Below are positions 45,636 to 56,080 of a stretch of 64,000 nt of DNA, one piece after another. The translations under genes were made by a program, and so were the position numbers. The stretch spans positions 1,488,001-1,552,000 of the forward strand of contig OZ037838.1 in NCBI GenBank assembly GCA_964035575.1, read 5' to 3'. Within the stretch, counting starts at the first letter, position 1. The number at the start of each line of letters is the position of its first letter. The notes below the pieces were generated by a model. The model was not told the DNA's origin. It did not search any database and saw only the letters and a list, made by a program, of their open reading frames with translations. The DNA comes from Rhynchopus sp. YZ270_cl-10 (taxonomy: Eukaryota).

Positions 45636-46161
45636 GTGATGTTTAAGAGATATATAATATTTTGGGGAAAGCCAGAGAAGAGTAGCCCTCATGAGCACAA
45701 CATGCTTGTAGCAGTGCGGCTCTTAGCTGCTTTGATGAAGCATGGGCATGTCAGGGCGTGCAGTCCACCCTGTGTGGGAAGTACCTCCTCGCTGTCGCTG
45801 AGTACTGCGGTGTGTTGCTATCGTGCGTTACATCAGTATTTGCGTTGCACCCTCGACCTACTAGCCTGTGAGAAGATACATTTTGAGACATCTTGAGGAT
45901 GACGACCACACCACCCTATTCCTCTCTCTCTCTCTTCTAGCCTGTGAGGGAATATATTTTGATACCATTTTGAGAAAAACGACCACACCGCCCCTTCGCC
46001 TTTCTTTTTCACTTTTGCTTTGTGGAAAGTCTTTTGAAAGACTTTGTTTTCTCCTGTTGGTGGAAACTGCAGACACAACGAAACCATCACAAACACACAA
46101 AACAAAACAACCCACACCTCATCTCCTCCTGACAGAAGTGGAACAAGAAGAAGACAAAACA

Positions 46162-47250
46162 ATGGATGTGACCTTTGTGCTGGAAGAGTCAGGCATGACT
46201 GCGACAGTGGAGGTGCCGTGCGAGGCGGACGTTGCAGCGGCAAAGGAGGTTGCGTGCACGGCGCTTGCTGTCTCGCCTGCGTCTGTCGAGATGCGCATCG
46301 GCACGCAGGTGCTGGAGGGGACGTGCCGTCTGCAAGACACTGCGTTTGATGCAGGGGTACAGGTTGTGCTTGCCCGTCGCTTGGCTGACATCAAGTGTCC
46401 TGCTCAGTACACTGTATCACCGCATACGGAACACTTGTCGCTGTCTCCTTGTGGAACACTTTGCGTTTTTTACCATGATAACTGGGTCATGTCTTTTGGT
46501 GGCTTCGACACAGAAACGTTCGAGACTGCGTTTGAGTTTGACATCCATTTATCTGGTCGAGGTCCGCCTGCCATCTCACGGTGCAAGACACGCTGCTACA
46601 TGGCGTTTGGGCATTATCTTGCGGAGGTTGCGCTTCCGAGTGGGGAGGTGCTCCGCAAAGTTGACTGCTCCTCGTTCTCAGTGTTCGCGTGTGGTGGTGT
46701 TGTTGTCTCCAAGGGAAAAGATGGTGTCTCTGTGTATGATAAAGACTTCACGTTGCTTCGCTCGATCTCGCACAAAGGGTGCAGGGAGGTGGCAGTGTCG
46801 GACTGTGGTGGGTGGGTGATCACCTCCTCCTGGGAGGAACCGAACGTACGTCTGTGGGATGTGAACACAGGTGAAGCTGTGGCATGTGTGCCTGCGAATG
46901 GTGGGCATGTGGCGATCTCGCAGGCTGCCTCTGTCTTTGCTGTGGCGAGTTCTGATGAAATGCAGCTCTATGACTGGAGTGGTGCTGCTCTTGCCTGCTT
47001 GGAAAAGGAGGAATATCGTTGTGTCTGTGGCGTGCAGTTCACTCCGTGTGGGAAGTATCTCGTACTGGTGTTGGGGCGTGGAGAATATGCTGCGTACAAC
47101 CTTCACCAGTATGATGTGACGACCATGTCCTGTGTGCGTGTGATACAGGACAGTGCGCATATTTTTGTGATTTCGCCGTGTTCACATGTGGTCATGTTTG
47201 AGTCATCAGAAAGGGGCGCCCTTGTGACACAGCATCTGTACCCCTACTGA
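46162..47250 (+). CDS. Ubl-WD40-like protein (copy 6, 362 aa)
   Basis: Intact ORF, closest to copy 5. Confidence 0.9.
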   Translation: MDVTFVLEESGMTATVEVPCEADVAAAKEVACTALAVSPASVEMRIGTQVLEGTCRLQDTAFDAGVQVVLARRLADIKCPAQYTVSPHTEHLSLSPCGTLCVFYHDNWVMSFGGFDTETFETAFEFDIHLSGRGPPAISRCKTRCYMAFGHYLAEVALPSGEVLRKVDCSSFSVFACGGVVVSKGKDGVSVYDKDFTLLRSISHKGCREVAVSDCGGWVITSSWEEPNVRLWDVNTGEAVACVPANGGHVAISQAASVFAVASSDEMQLYDWSGAALACLEKEEYRCVCGVQFTPCGKYLVLVLGRGEYAAYNLHQYDVTTMSCVRVIQDSAHIFVISPCSHVVMFESSERGALVTQHLYPY

Positions 47251-47429
47251 GCGATGCAGTCCACCCTGTGTGGGAAGTACCTCCTCGCTGTCGCTGAGTA
47301 CTGCGGTGTGTTGCTATCGTGCGTTGCATCAGTATTTGCGTTGTACCCTCAACCTACTAGCCTGTGAGGGAATTCATTTTGAGATATTTTGAGGATAACG
47401 ACCACACCACCCTTTACCTCTTTTTTATT

Positions 47430-47740
47430 GAACAAGATAAAACATTAAGCTCGCGTTTCTTTTATCGACCAGATTTATTCTCAAAAACGTATACACCACT
47501 TTCAACCAGGAAAAATATCTTCCTCTCCTTTTTTCTTCCACACGCGCTGGTTTTTTGTATCTCGTTAATTTTTATCAAAAAGCTTTTCGAGTGCGAAACG
47601 TTTCTCCATGTATTGCGCGGGAAACAATATGACAAACAGGTACAGGGTGGTTCCTTGCATATCATAGAACCTGGCACCTTGTGTGTCTCCCCAAAACCAA
47701 AAGCGTTGTGTGTGAAGTTTTGAAGGAAGGAATAGTAAAA
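47430..47740. mobile_element. Dispersed element, copy C, inserted in the Ubl-WD40 5' spacer
   Basis: Interrupts the usual accacccttt...ctgttgg spacer; same ends as copies A and B. Confidence 0.75.
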
Positions 47741-47849
47741 ACCTTTGCCTTGTTGAAACCTTGTTCTGTTTGCATCACAAACACACAAAACAAAACAACC
47801 CACACCTCATCTCCTCCCAACAGAGGTGGAACAAGAAGAAGACAAAACA

Positions 47850-48944
47850 ATGGATGTGACCTTTGTGCTGGAAGAGTCAGGCGTGACTGTGACAGTGGAG
47901 GTGCCGTGCGAGGCGGACGTTGCAGCGGCAAAGGAGGTTGCGTGCACGGCGCTTGCTGTCTCGCCTGCGTCTGTCGAGATGCGCATCGGCACGCAGGTAC
48001 TGGAGGGGACGTGCCGTCTGCAGGACACTGCGTTTGATGCAGGGGTGCAGGTTGTGCTTGCCCGCCGCTTTGCCGACATCAAGTGTCCTGCTGCATTTTG
48101 TGTCGACGAGAGCATGGAGTTCTTCGTGTCTCTGTCATGTTGTGGAACGCTGTGCCTGTACTATGATAGGTGGCATGAGTGTTTAGTTGGCTTCGACACA
48201 GAAACCTTTGGCACTTCTTTCCAGCTCGTAGTGGGAATGCACCGCGGCAGACCTTGCATCTCGCAGTGCAGGACACACTGCTACGTGGCGTACGACGGCA
48301 TACGTAAGATCGCGCTTCCTGGTGGAGAGGAGCTCCGTGGAGTTGGCACCAACTCGAGTGCAGTGTTCGCGTGTGGTGGTGTTGTTGTCTCCCAGGGTGA
48401 AGACGGGGTCTCTGTGTATGACGAAGACTTGACGTTGCTCCGCTCTCTCTCGCTCGAAGGATGTCAGAGGATAGCGGTTTCGGACTGTGGTGAGTGGGTG
48501 ATTGGCACTTCTCGCGAAAACAACAACGTATGTCTGTGGGATGTGAAAACAGGTGAAGCTGTGGTGTGTGTGTCTCTTGGGTGGCGGTGTGAAGCAGTGG
48601 CACTCTCACGGTCTGCCTCCGTCTTTGCTGTGGGGGGGTACGAGGGTGTGGATCTCTATGATTGGAGTGGTGTACAACTTCACGAAAAACGCGTTGTGTG
48701 TCGGGATGTCGAGGGTTTGCAGTTCACGCCGTGTGGGAAGTACCTTGTGGTCCACGTAGTCAGTCAAGCGTGGCGCGACGAATTCGAACTGCACCAGTAC
48801 GACATGACAACCATGTCTCGTGTACTTGTGATACCGTGTGTCGGTTTATCGTTTGCGGTATCGCCATGTTCACGTGTGGTTGTGTTTGGTTCAATGTCAC
48901 ACGAAGTTGTGACGAGACACCTGTACCCACACAACAGTGAGTAA
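47850..48944 (+). CDS. Ubl-WD40-like protein (copy 7, 364 aa; divergent propeller, ends HNSE)
   Basis: Intact ORF. The Ubl is near-identical to other copies while the propeller is among the most divergent. Confidence 0.9.
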   Translation: MDVTFVLEESGVTVTVEVPCEADVAAAKEVACTALAVSPASVEMRIGTQVLEGTCRLQDTAFDAGVQVVLARRFADIKCPAAFCVDESMEFFVSLSCCGTLCLYYDRWHECLVGFDTETFGTSFQLVVGMHRGRPCISQCRTHCYVAYDGIRKIALPGGEELRGVGTNSSAVFACGGVVVSQGEDGVSVYDEDLTLLRSLSLEGCQRIAVSDCGEWVIGTSRENNNVCLWDVKTGEAVVCVSLGWRCEAVALSRSASVFAVGGYEGVDLYDWSGVQLHEKRVVCRDVEGLQFTPCGKYLVVHVVSQAWRDEFELHQYDMTTMSRVLVIPCVGLSFAVSPCSRVVVFGSMSHEVVTRHLYPHNSE

Positions 48945-49484
48945 AACATCCCCTATCGCTTTGCGGCTTTTTCCCTGTGGAGAGAGAGTGAGTGTCATGT
49001 TTTTGCTTCTGTGTTGGTCTATTTTATTGCGTCAATAACGAGGTACATTTGCAAACCCGCAACCCGTATTTCTGGTTACGTTTTGAACTTACCTCTTGTA
49101 ATTGTGCTACAAAAACAGAAAGGGTGTATGTCTTCTGTTCTCTTGAATTGAAGGACTTCAGACTGTACAAATCTAACCTTTGCCCATACCCATGTTTGCC
49201 TCTCTACCCATCATGAACACGATACCACCCGATTCTTTCGAACCCTTTCCCACACTCCCCAACGCGCCCTCACTCAGCAGCATCTACACGAGCACATGCG
49301 TTGTGCGTTCCCCGAAGACGTGCTTTCCCTTGACGGGACTATGGACAAGAAGCCTTCTACGAAGTGGAGGCAGCCGAGTGCTCCCGAGGGGATCACGGTG
49401 TCACTGCGGCAGCTGGACACAAAACAAAACAACCCACCCCTCATCTCCTTCCCAACAGAGGTGGAACAAGAAGAAGACAAAACA

Positions 49485-50583
49485 ATGGATGTGACCTTTG
49501 TGCTGGAAGAGTCAGGCGTGACTGCGACAGTGGAGGTGCCGTGCGAGGCGGACGTTGCAGCGGCAAAGGAGGTTGCGTGCAGGGCGCTTGCTGTCTCGCC
49601 TGCGTCTGTCGAGATGCGCATCGGCACGCAGGTGCTGGAGGGGACGTGCCGTCTGCAGGACACTGCGTTTGATGCAGGGGTGCAGGTTGTGCTTTGCCTG
49701 TCCTCGCTTGGCCGACATCAAGTGTCCTGTTGAGTACACTGTACCACCGCATACGTAACACTTGTCGCTGTCTCCTTGTGGAGCACTCTGCCTCTATGTC
49801 CACAATGCTTTAAAAGGACATATTGGCGGCTTCGACACAGACACATTCGAAACTGCTTTTGACTTTGAAGTGTACCCCCATGCGTCCGGCCCACCTGCCA
49901 TCTCGCAGTGCAAGACACGCTGCTTCCTGACGTGCAAGGATGGCATACGCGAGGTTGCGCTTCCGGGTGGGGAGGTGCTCCGCAAAGTCGACGGCCCTTC
50001 GTTCTCAGTGTTCGCGTGTGGCAGTGTTGTTGTCTCCCAAGGTGAAGACGGGGTCTCTGTGTATGACGAAGACCTGACGTTGCTCCACACTCTATCGCAC
50101 GCTGCCTGCACGTCTTTAGCGGTGTCGGACTGTGGTGGGTGGGTGATCACCTCCTCCTGGGAGGAGAGGAACGCACGTCTGTGGGATGTGAACACATGTG
50201 AAACTGTGGCATGTGTGCCGGTGGGGCGCATACCACAGGGGTGCCCAGTAGCTCTTTCCCGGTCTGCCTCTGCCTTTGCTGTGGACTCTGACGTGAAGCT
50301 TTATGATTGGAGTGGCGCGGCTCTTGGCAGCTTCGATGTACATGGTGGCAGGGTCGGGAACGTGCAGTTCACTCCGTGTGGGAAGTACCTTGTCGTGAGT
50401 GTTTCCGTATTGGCAAGTTTTGAGGTGCACCTGTACCAGTATGACGCGATGACCCTTTCCTGCGTGCGTGAGTTCACAGATGCTGCCGGTCCGTCGTTTG
50501 TGATATCACCGTGTTCACGTGTGATTGTCTATACGAGCATGAGCTACATTGCAACAAGGAATCTACACCCCCACAGCGAGTGA
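49485..50583 (+). pseudogene. Ubl-WD40 copy 8, disrupted
   Basis: Extra T at ~49694 (gtgctttgcc vs gtgcttgcc) and a GAA>TAA stop at 49756-49758. The propeller downstream remains open. Confidence 0.85.
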
Positions 50584-50728
50584 TTGCTTTCATTGAGATT
50601 AACAAAGTAGCGATTCTCAATAATAATTGAAACACAAGACAAGCATTTGTGGGACAAGGATAAATTAAAAAAGTAACCTCATTTCAACAGTTTTTGGGTG
50701 ATCTATGAACGGGGAGAGATTTTTTCAC

Positions 50729-51101
50729 TAGCTCTCAGTAAGCTCTCACAGGCTCTCACAGACTCTCACAAGCTCTCACAAGGTCTCACAGGCTCTCACA
50801 AAGCTCTCACAGGCTCTCACAGACTCTCACAAGCTCTCACAAGCTCTCACAGGCTCTCACAAGGTCTCACAGGCTCTCACAGCTCTCACTAACTCTCACT
50901 AAGCTCTCACAAGCTCACACAGCTCCCACTAGCTCTCACTAACTCTCACTAACTCTCAGTAAGCTCTCACAGGCTCTCACAAGCTCTCACAAGGTCTCAC
51001 AGGCTCTCACAAGGTCTCACAAGCTCTCACAGGCTCTCACAAGCTCTCACAAGCTCTCACAGGCTCTCACAGACTCTCACAAGCTCTCACAAGGTCTCAC
51101 A
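50729..51101. repeat. 10-bp minisatellite (variants aagctctcac / aggctctcac / aaggtctcac / agactctcac), ~37 units
   Basis: Tandem degenerate decamers seen directly. Confidence 0.95.
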
Positions 51102-51396
51102 GCCTGTTACGTGTCCCACGGAGACGATCATAGATCACCCAGTTTTGGGTAATATTATATTGTTCTAAAAATGGAACAACAAATTGTTTCATGTGAGCAC
51201 TGTCGTGGTGTGGCTGTGGTGTATTTGGGTAGGAATTGGCTCAGCGCCTGCATCTCGACTGCTTGCTTTGTGCCAAGGACCCTCATACTTAAACGACAAC
51301 AGTACAGATGATGCAATTCCACGAGTTGCGAAGTCATACAATACATCACATCAAACCACCAACCATCACATCAACCACAACAGACCCCTTAACAAT

Positions 51397-52566
51397 ATGA
51401 TGGATGTGACCTTTGTGCTGGAAGAGTCAGGCGTGACTGCGACAGTGGAGGTGCCGTGCGAGGCGGACGTTGCAGCGGCAAAGGAGGTTGCGTGCACGGC
51501 ACTTGCTGTCTCGCCTGCGTCTGTCGAGATGCGCATCGGCACGCAGGTGCTGGAGGGGACGTGCCGTCTGCAGGACACTGCGTTTGGTGCAGGGGTGCAG
51601 GTTGTGCTTGCCCGCCGCTTTGCCGACATCAAGTGTCCTGCTGAGTACAGTGTAGAGGCGCCTGCTGAGTACAGGGAGGATATAGAATACTTGTCACTGT
51701 CGCGTTGTGGAACGCTTTGCGTTTTTTGGAAGCGCTTTGGGCGTGTTGGCGGCTTCGACACAGAAACCTTCGACACTGTCTTCTCGTTCAAAGTGGACGA
51801 CACTATTGCGTCCGGTGCGCCTGCCATCTCGCAGTGCAAGACACTCTACTACGTGCCGTGCAGGAACTACTTTTGCAAGGTTGCGCTTCCGGGTGGGGAG
51901 GTGCTCCGCAAAATTGACGTCACCTCGAACGCAGTGTCCGCGTGTGGTGGTGTTGTTGTCTCCCAGGGTGACGACGGCGTCTCTGTGTATGACGAAGACC
52001 TGACGTTGCTCCGCACTATCTCGCACGAAGAGTGCTTTGACGTAGAAGTGTCGGACTGCGGTGGGTGGGTGATCACCTCTTCCTGGAAGAACAACGTACG
52101 TCTGTGGGATGTGAGCACAGGTGAATCTGTGGCGTGTGTGCAGTTTGGTGGGTGCGCGCTTTCACGGTGTGCCTCTGTCTTTGCTGTACGGGACGAATGC
52201 AGCGTGCACCTCTATGATTGGATGGGTGCGGCTCTTCGCAGTGTTGATGTGGCTGTAGGTCGGGAGGTCAAAGGCATGCAGTTCACACCGTGTGGGAAGT
52301 ACCTTGTGGTCAGGGTGGGTGTTGCGCTCTACACACGCACCTATGATGCAGATGGTAGTTGTAGTGCACAATATTATGGTTTCGATGGACGACTGCACCA
52401 GTATGATGTGGCGACCATGTCCTGTGTGCGTGTGATCCCGCAAACCTATGTTCAGTCGTTTGCGATATCACCGTGTTCACGTGTAGTTGTGTTTGAATGT
52501 GAAGACAAAAGCGATACACCAGCAGTCATTGTAACAAGGCATCTGTACCCACACAACAGTGAGTGA
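51397..52566 (+). CDS. Ubl-WD40-like protein (copy 9, 389 aa; ends HNSE)
   Basis: Intact ORF with a long insertion in the blade-6 loop (GVALYTRTYDADGSCSAQYYGFDG). Confidence 0.9.
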   Translation: MMDVTFVLEESGVTATVEVPCEADVAAAKEVACTALAVSPASVEMRIGTQVLEGTCRLQDTAFGAGVQVVLARRFADIKCPAEYSVEAPAEYREDIEYLSLSRCGTLCVFWKRFGRVGGFDTETFDTVFSFKVDDTIASGAPAISQCKTLYYVPCRNYFCKVALPGGEVLRKIDVTSNAVSACGGVVVSQGDDGVSVYDEDLTLLRTISHEECFDVEVSDCGGWVITSSWKNNVRLWDVSTGESVACVQFGGCALSRCASVFAVRDECSVHLYDWMGAALRSVDVAVGREVKGMQFTPCGKYLVVRVGVALYTRTYDADGSCSAQYYGFDGRLHQYDVATMSCVRVIPQTYVQSFAISPCSRVVVFECEDKSDTPAVIVTRHLYPHNSE

Positions 52567-53034
52567 TGTTTCGAGGGGTGGGAGGGTGGTGACTGTATTC
52601 TGACAGAAGGGGACAGTGCAAGTGTCTGCAGAGGGTATACCATCAACTGCATAGGCCACACCGTCAATCTAGCTCAAGCGGACGGCTTTTCACACATAAC
52701 ACACAAAGACTTCGTTGCGGTTGTGTATTTTATTCATGTTGATATCGTTTCTGTTCGATTCTTTACTTACTGTGGAAATGGACTTCAAGACACACATAAT
52801 CCCCCCAAGTGAACCGCTATGACCGTTCCGCCTAGGCGGTCGTGGATAGCGTTGTCACGTCGAGGTCCTGGGGTGTCTTTTCACATTACCTGTGTGTTTG
52901 CCGCAGGGTATCTTCAAATTGCTTGCTTTGTCAGAGATTATTGAAACACGTATTTAACCCACCACCCTTCTTATTTGTCGTTGCGAAGTGACACCACCAA
53001 CCATCACATCAAACACAACAGACCCCTTAACAAC

Positions 53035-54168
53035 ATGATGGATGTGACCTTTGTGCTGGAAGAGTCAGGCGTGACTGCGACAGTGGAGGTGCCGTGCGAG
53101 GCGGACGTTGCAGCGGCAAAGGAGGTTGCGTGCACGGCGCTTTCTGTCTCGCCTGCGTCTGTCGAGATGCGCATCGGCACGCAGGTGCTGGAGGGGACGT
53201 GCCGTCTGCAGGACACTGCGTTTGATGCAGGGGTGCAGGTTGTGCTTGCCCGCCGCACTGCCGACATCAAGTGTCCTGTTGAGTACACTGTACCACCGGA
53301 TACGGAACACTTGTCGCTGTCTCCTTGTGGAGCACTCTGCCTTTTTGCACAGGAGGATGGCAATGTGACCGTCCTCGATACAGAAGCCTTCGGCCCTGCC
53401 TTCAATTTCAAAGTAGGAATGTCGTTGTGCGGTCTGCCTGCCATCTCACGGTGCAAGACACGCTGTTACCTGCCGTGTAGGGAAGGTCTGCACGAGGTTG
53501 CGCTTCCGGGTGGGGAGGTGCTCCGCAAAGTCGACGTCCTCTCCTCCGCAGTGTTCGCGTGTGGTGGTGTTGTTGTCTCCCAAGGCACAGACGGCGTCTC
53601 TGTGTATGATGAAGACCTGACGTTGCTCCGCTCTCTCTCGCACGAAGGGTGCAGGAGCATGGCAGTGTCGGACTGTGGTGGGTGGGTGATTACCGTCCCC
53701 CTCAGTGAGAACAACGCACGTCTGTGGGATATGAACACAGGTGAAGCTGTGGCATGTGTGCCTACAGATGGCTGGTGTGTTGTGCTTTCACCACCTCTTG
53801 TGGCGCTTTCACGATCTGCCTCTGTCTTTGCTGTGGTGTGCCCCGACAAAGTGCAGCTCTATGACTGGAGTGGTGCGGCTCTTGGCTGCTTTGAAAAGGA
53901 GCAGTGTGGCGTCTGTGGCGTGCAGTTCACTCCGTGTGGGAAGTACGTCGTTGTTGGGTTCGTGAAGAAGTTACACGGTTTTTGCTTTGGGACGCTTTCA
54001 CCAGACCTCCACCAGTATGATGTAGCGACCATGTCTTGTGTGCGTGTGATACAGGACACCTCCGGTGGGTTAGTGATATCGCCGTGTTCGCGTGTGGTTA
54101 TGTTCAGGGCAGCAGGAGGTGACGCAGCAAGTGACGTCCTTGTATCACGACATCTGTACCCCTACTGA
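53035..54168 (+). CDS. Ubl-WD40-like protein (copy 10, 377 aa)
   Basis: Intact ORF. Confidence 0.9.
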   Translation: MMDVTFVLEESGVTATVEVPCEADVAAAKEVACTALSVSPASVEMRIGTQVLEGTCRLQDTAFDAGVQVVLARRTADIKCPVEYTVPPDTEHLSLSPCGALCLFAQEDGNVTVLDTEAFGPAFNFKVGMSLCGLPAISRCKTRCYLPCREGLHEVALPGGEVLRKVDVLSSAVFACGGVVVSQGTDGVSVYDEDLTLLRSLSHEGCRSMAVSDCGGWVITVPLSENNARLWDMNTGEAVACVPTDGWCVVLSPPLVALSRSASVFAVVCPDKVQLYDWSGAALGCFEKEQCGVCGVQFTPCGKYVVVGFVKKLHGFCFGTLSPDLHQYDVATMSCVRVIQDTSGGLVISPCSRVVMFRAAGGDAASDVLVSRHLYPY

Positions 54169-54284
54169 GTGATGCAGTCCACCCTGTGTGGGAAGTACCT
54201 CCTTGCTGTTACTGAGTAGTACAGTGCGTTGCATCAGTATTTGCGTTGCGCCCTCGACCTACTAGCCTCGCGTGGGACAATCGA

Positions 54285-54568
54285 TTTTGAGATATTTTGA
54301 GGATAACGACTACCCTTTACCTCTCTTTTTCGCTTTTGTCTTGTTAAAACCCTGTACTGTTGATGGAACCTACAACAAATCATCACAAATACACAAAACA
54401 AAACAACCCACACCTCATCTGCCCGACAGTCTGGTACACGTACTGAAAAACCGAGAGGAGTGGCCTCGTGAGCACAACGGCGTGTGCTCCGTCAGTTGCG
54501 ATATCTCCGTGTTCACGTGTAGTTATGTATGCACGCATTGCAACAATGAAGCTGTACCCACACAACAG
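54285..54568 (+). pseudogene. Internally deleted Ubl-WD40 remnant (5' leader joined to the last blade)
   Basis: Leader catcacaaatacacaaaacaaaacaacccacacctcatct followed within ~80 bp by ttgcgatatctccgtgttcacgtg...ctgtacccacacaacag. Confidence 0.7.
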
Positions 54569-54708
54569 CGACTCAGAGTGAGTCTTTGCTTTTAACGCCT
54601 CCCGTTAAAGAGCTGTTCGAATGGTTTGCCTTCTTTTTTGAACACCTTCACACTGTGTGTGCGTTTCTCCTTCCCTTACCCCACCCTCCAGCCCAGTACA
54701 CAGCACAC

Positions 54709-55383
54709 ATGTCGTCACAGATCTCCTTCACCTCTGAAGCCTCATGCCCACAGTGGGAGACAAACACATTTCGCCCCTCGAAGTGCAAAGCGTGTGGTGC
54801 TGAGTTCAGTTCGCACTGTCCTGAGAGCGTGACGGAGGAGGATGTGCGTGCGTATCTTGGGCACGTTAATGCGCGGGCACCGTGCAACGAGGTGCTTCCG
54901 CGTACCGGGGCGGTGGGGGCACTGTTCCTAGGTGGTGCGCAGGCGTCGTCACGCGAGAACCTTGAAGTGTGCAGCATTGCAGCTATGGTGCAGACTGCGA
55001 AGGGGTTGGAGTCGTTCTATCCTCTTCTGGGGAAGCGGCTTGCCGGGTTCGAGGCGGAAGGGGCACTGGAGGTGTTGCGGACGGAGTGGGATGATGTGGG
55101 CAGTCAGGTTCTGAGCGGGCTTGGTGATGCAGTACGCTTTGTCCACAGGCACCGTGCGAAGGGAAGCAACGTTCTTGTGTCCTGCGCGCAGGGAAAGTCG
55201 CGCTCCACATCGCTTGTGGTGGCGTACCTTCTCGCAACCTCGCAATCCGCATCTGTGCAAGAAGCACTCCAACACACCCAAAGCAAGCGGGCCATTGCCG
55301 AACCCAACCCTGGATTCATGGCGCAACTCCACACCTTCCATAAATCCGAAGAACTCAAAGAGCTAAAAGAGGAGCTGAAATAA
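54709..55383 (+). CDS. Dual-specificity protein phosphatase with N-terminal C3H Zn-finger-like motif (224 aa)
   Basis: LFLGG, VLVSCAQGKSRSTSLVVAYLL (CX5R) and KRAIAEPNPGFMAQL are canonical DSP motifs. N-terminal CPQWETNTFRPSKCKACGAEFSSH. Confidence 0.9.
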   Translation: MSSQISFTSEASCPQWETNTFRPSKCKACGAEFSSHCPESVTEEDVRAYLGHVNARAPCNEVLPRTGAVGALFLGGAQASSRENLEVCSIAAMVQTAKGLESFYPLLGKRLAGFEAEGALEVLRTEWDDVGSQVLSGLGDAVRFVHRHRAKGSNVLVSCAQGKSRSTSLVVAYLLATSQSASVQEALQHTQSKRAIAEPNPGFMAQLHTFHKSEELKELKEELK

Positions 55384-55826
55384 GTTCGGGGAAGGGGTAG
55401 ATCGGGGGAATGAGAAACGAAACTGAACATTAAATGGTGTTCCTTACCTCCGCGTACGTTCGATACTTTTTTGGAGTAAAATCACGAACACCATGAAATC
55501 TTTCTTCCCCTCATTTATCTTCGCGTCGGAAAAGAGCCTAAAAGGGTTTCCTAAGGATTGATGGTGTTTTTACCCATTTTTTTGGGGGTTTTTTTCACTT
55601 TACCTTAGAGAACAAGCGTTGCGTCATCAAATTCGAGATTTGCCCCACATAAGGCATTCCCTACGTGGGTTTTCTTTAAACAACAAACTTGTAGAAGCCA
55701 GCGCAGCTGATGCTGTGCGATAACGAATATGATAAGGTGACTAAGCACGAGAGGCTTGGGATCATCTTATAAACTTTTCTTTCTTTTTTCCCGCTCAGCG
55801 AGAGCGTAGGGGTAGGGTCCAACCTC

Positions 55827-56080
55827 ACAGCTTGCTGCTGTTGCTGTGGTATCCTTCAATGAGATACGTCTGCTCTTGTACATACCATTCTAGCCTAGTC
55901 GTGTTCACAATGAGCTATGTTTCACACCAAAGAGGTTTTCGTATATTGCATGTTTAATTCTACTTTCCTCCCCCAACCACCCTGTGAAAATTGCAAATTT
56001 TGTTCGGTCCAATTTCACAGGAATGTGTTCTATTAGTTGCTGCCCCAACACACCAAAGACTTAGCGCTCATGCTAGCCAA
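55827..56080 (+). repeat. Duplicated spacer block, paired with ~62126-62378
   Basis: cagcttgctgctgttgctgtggtatccttcaatgagatacg...gctagccaa is near-identical at both sites. Confidence 0.9.

Noticed and set aside
45868..46161. N-terminal extensions upstream of MDVTF (also 40065, 51184, 58567, and 16439, 21493 for the secreted family)
   Set aside because: They start at non-ATG codons or in low-complexity CA-rich leader, and the frame is broken in other copies (e.g. before 1955). They are better explained as UTR or splice-acceptor sequence.
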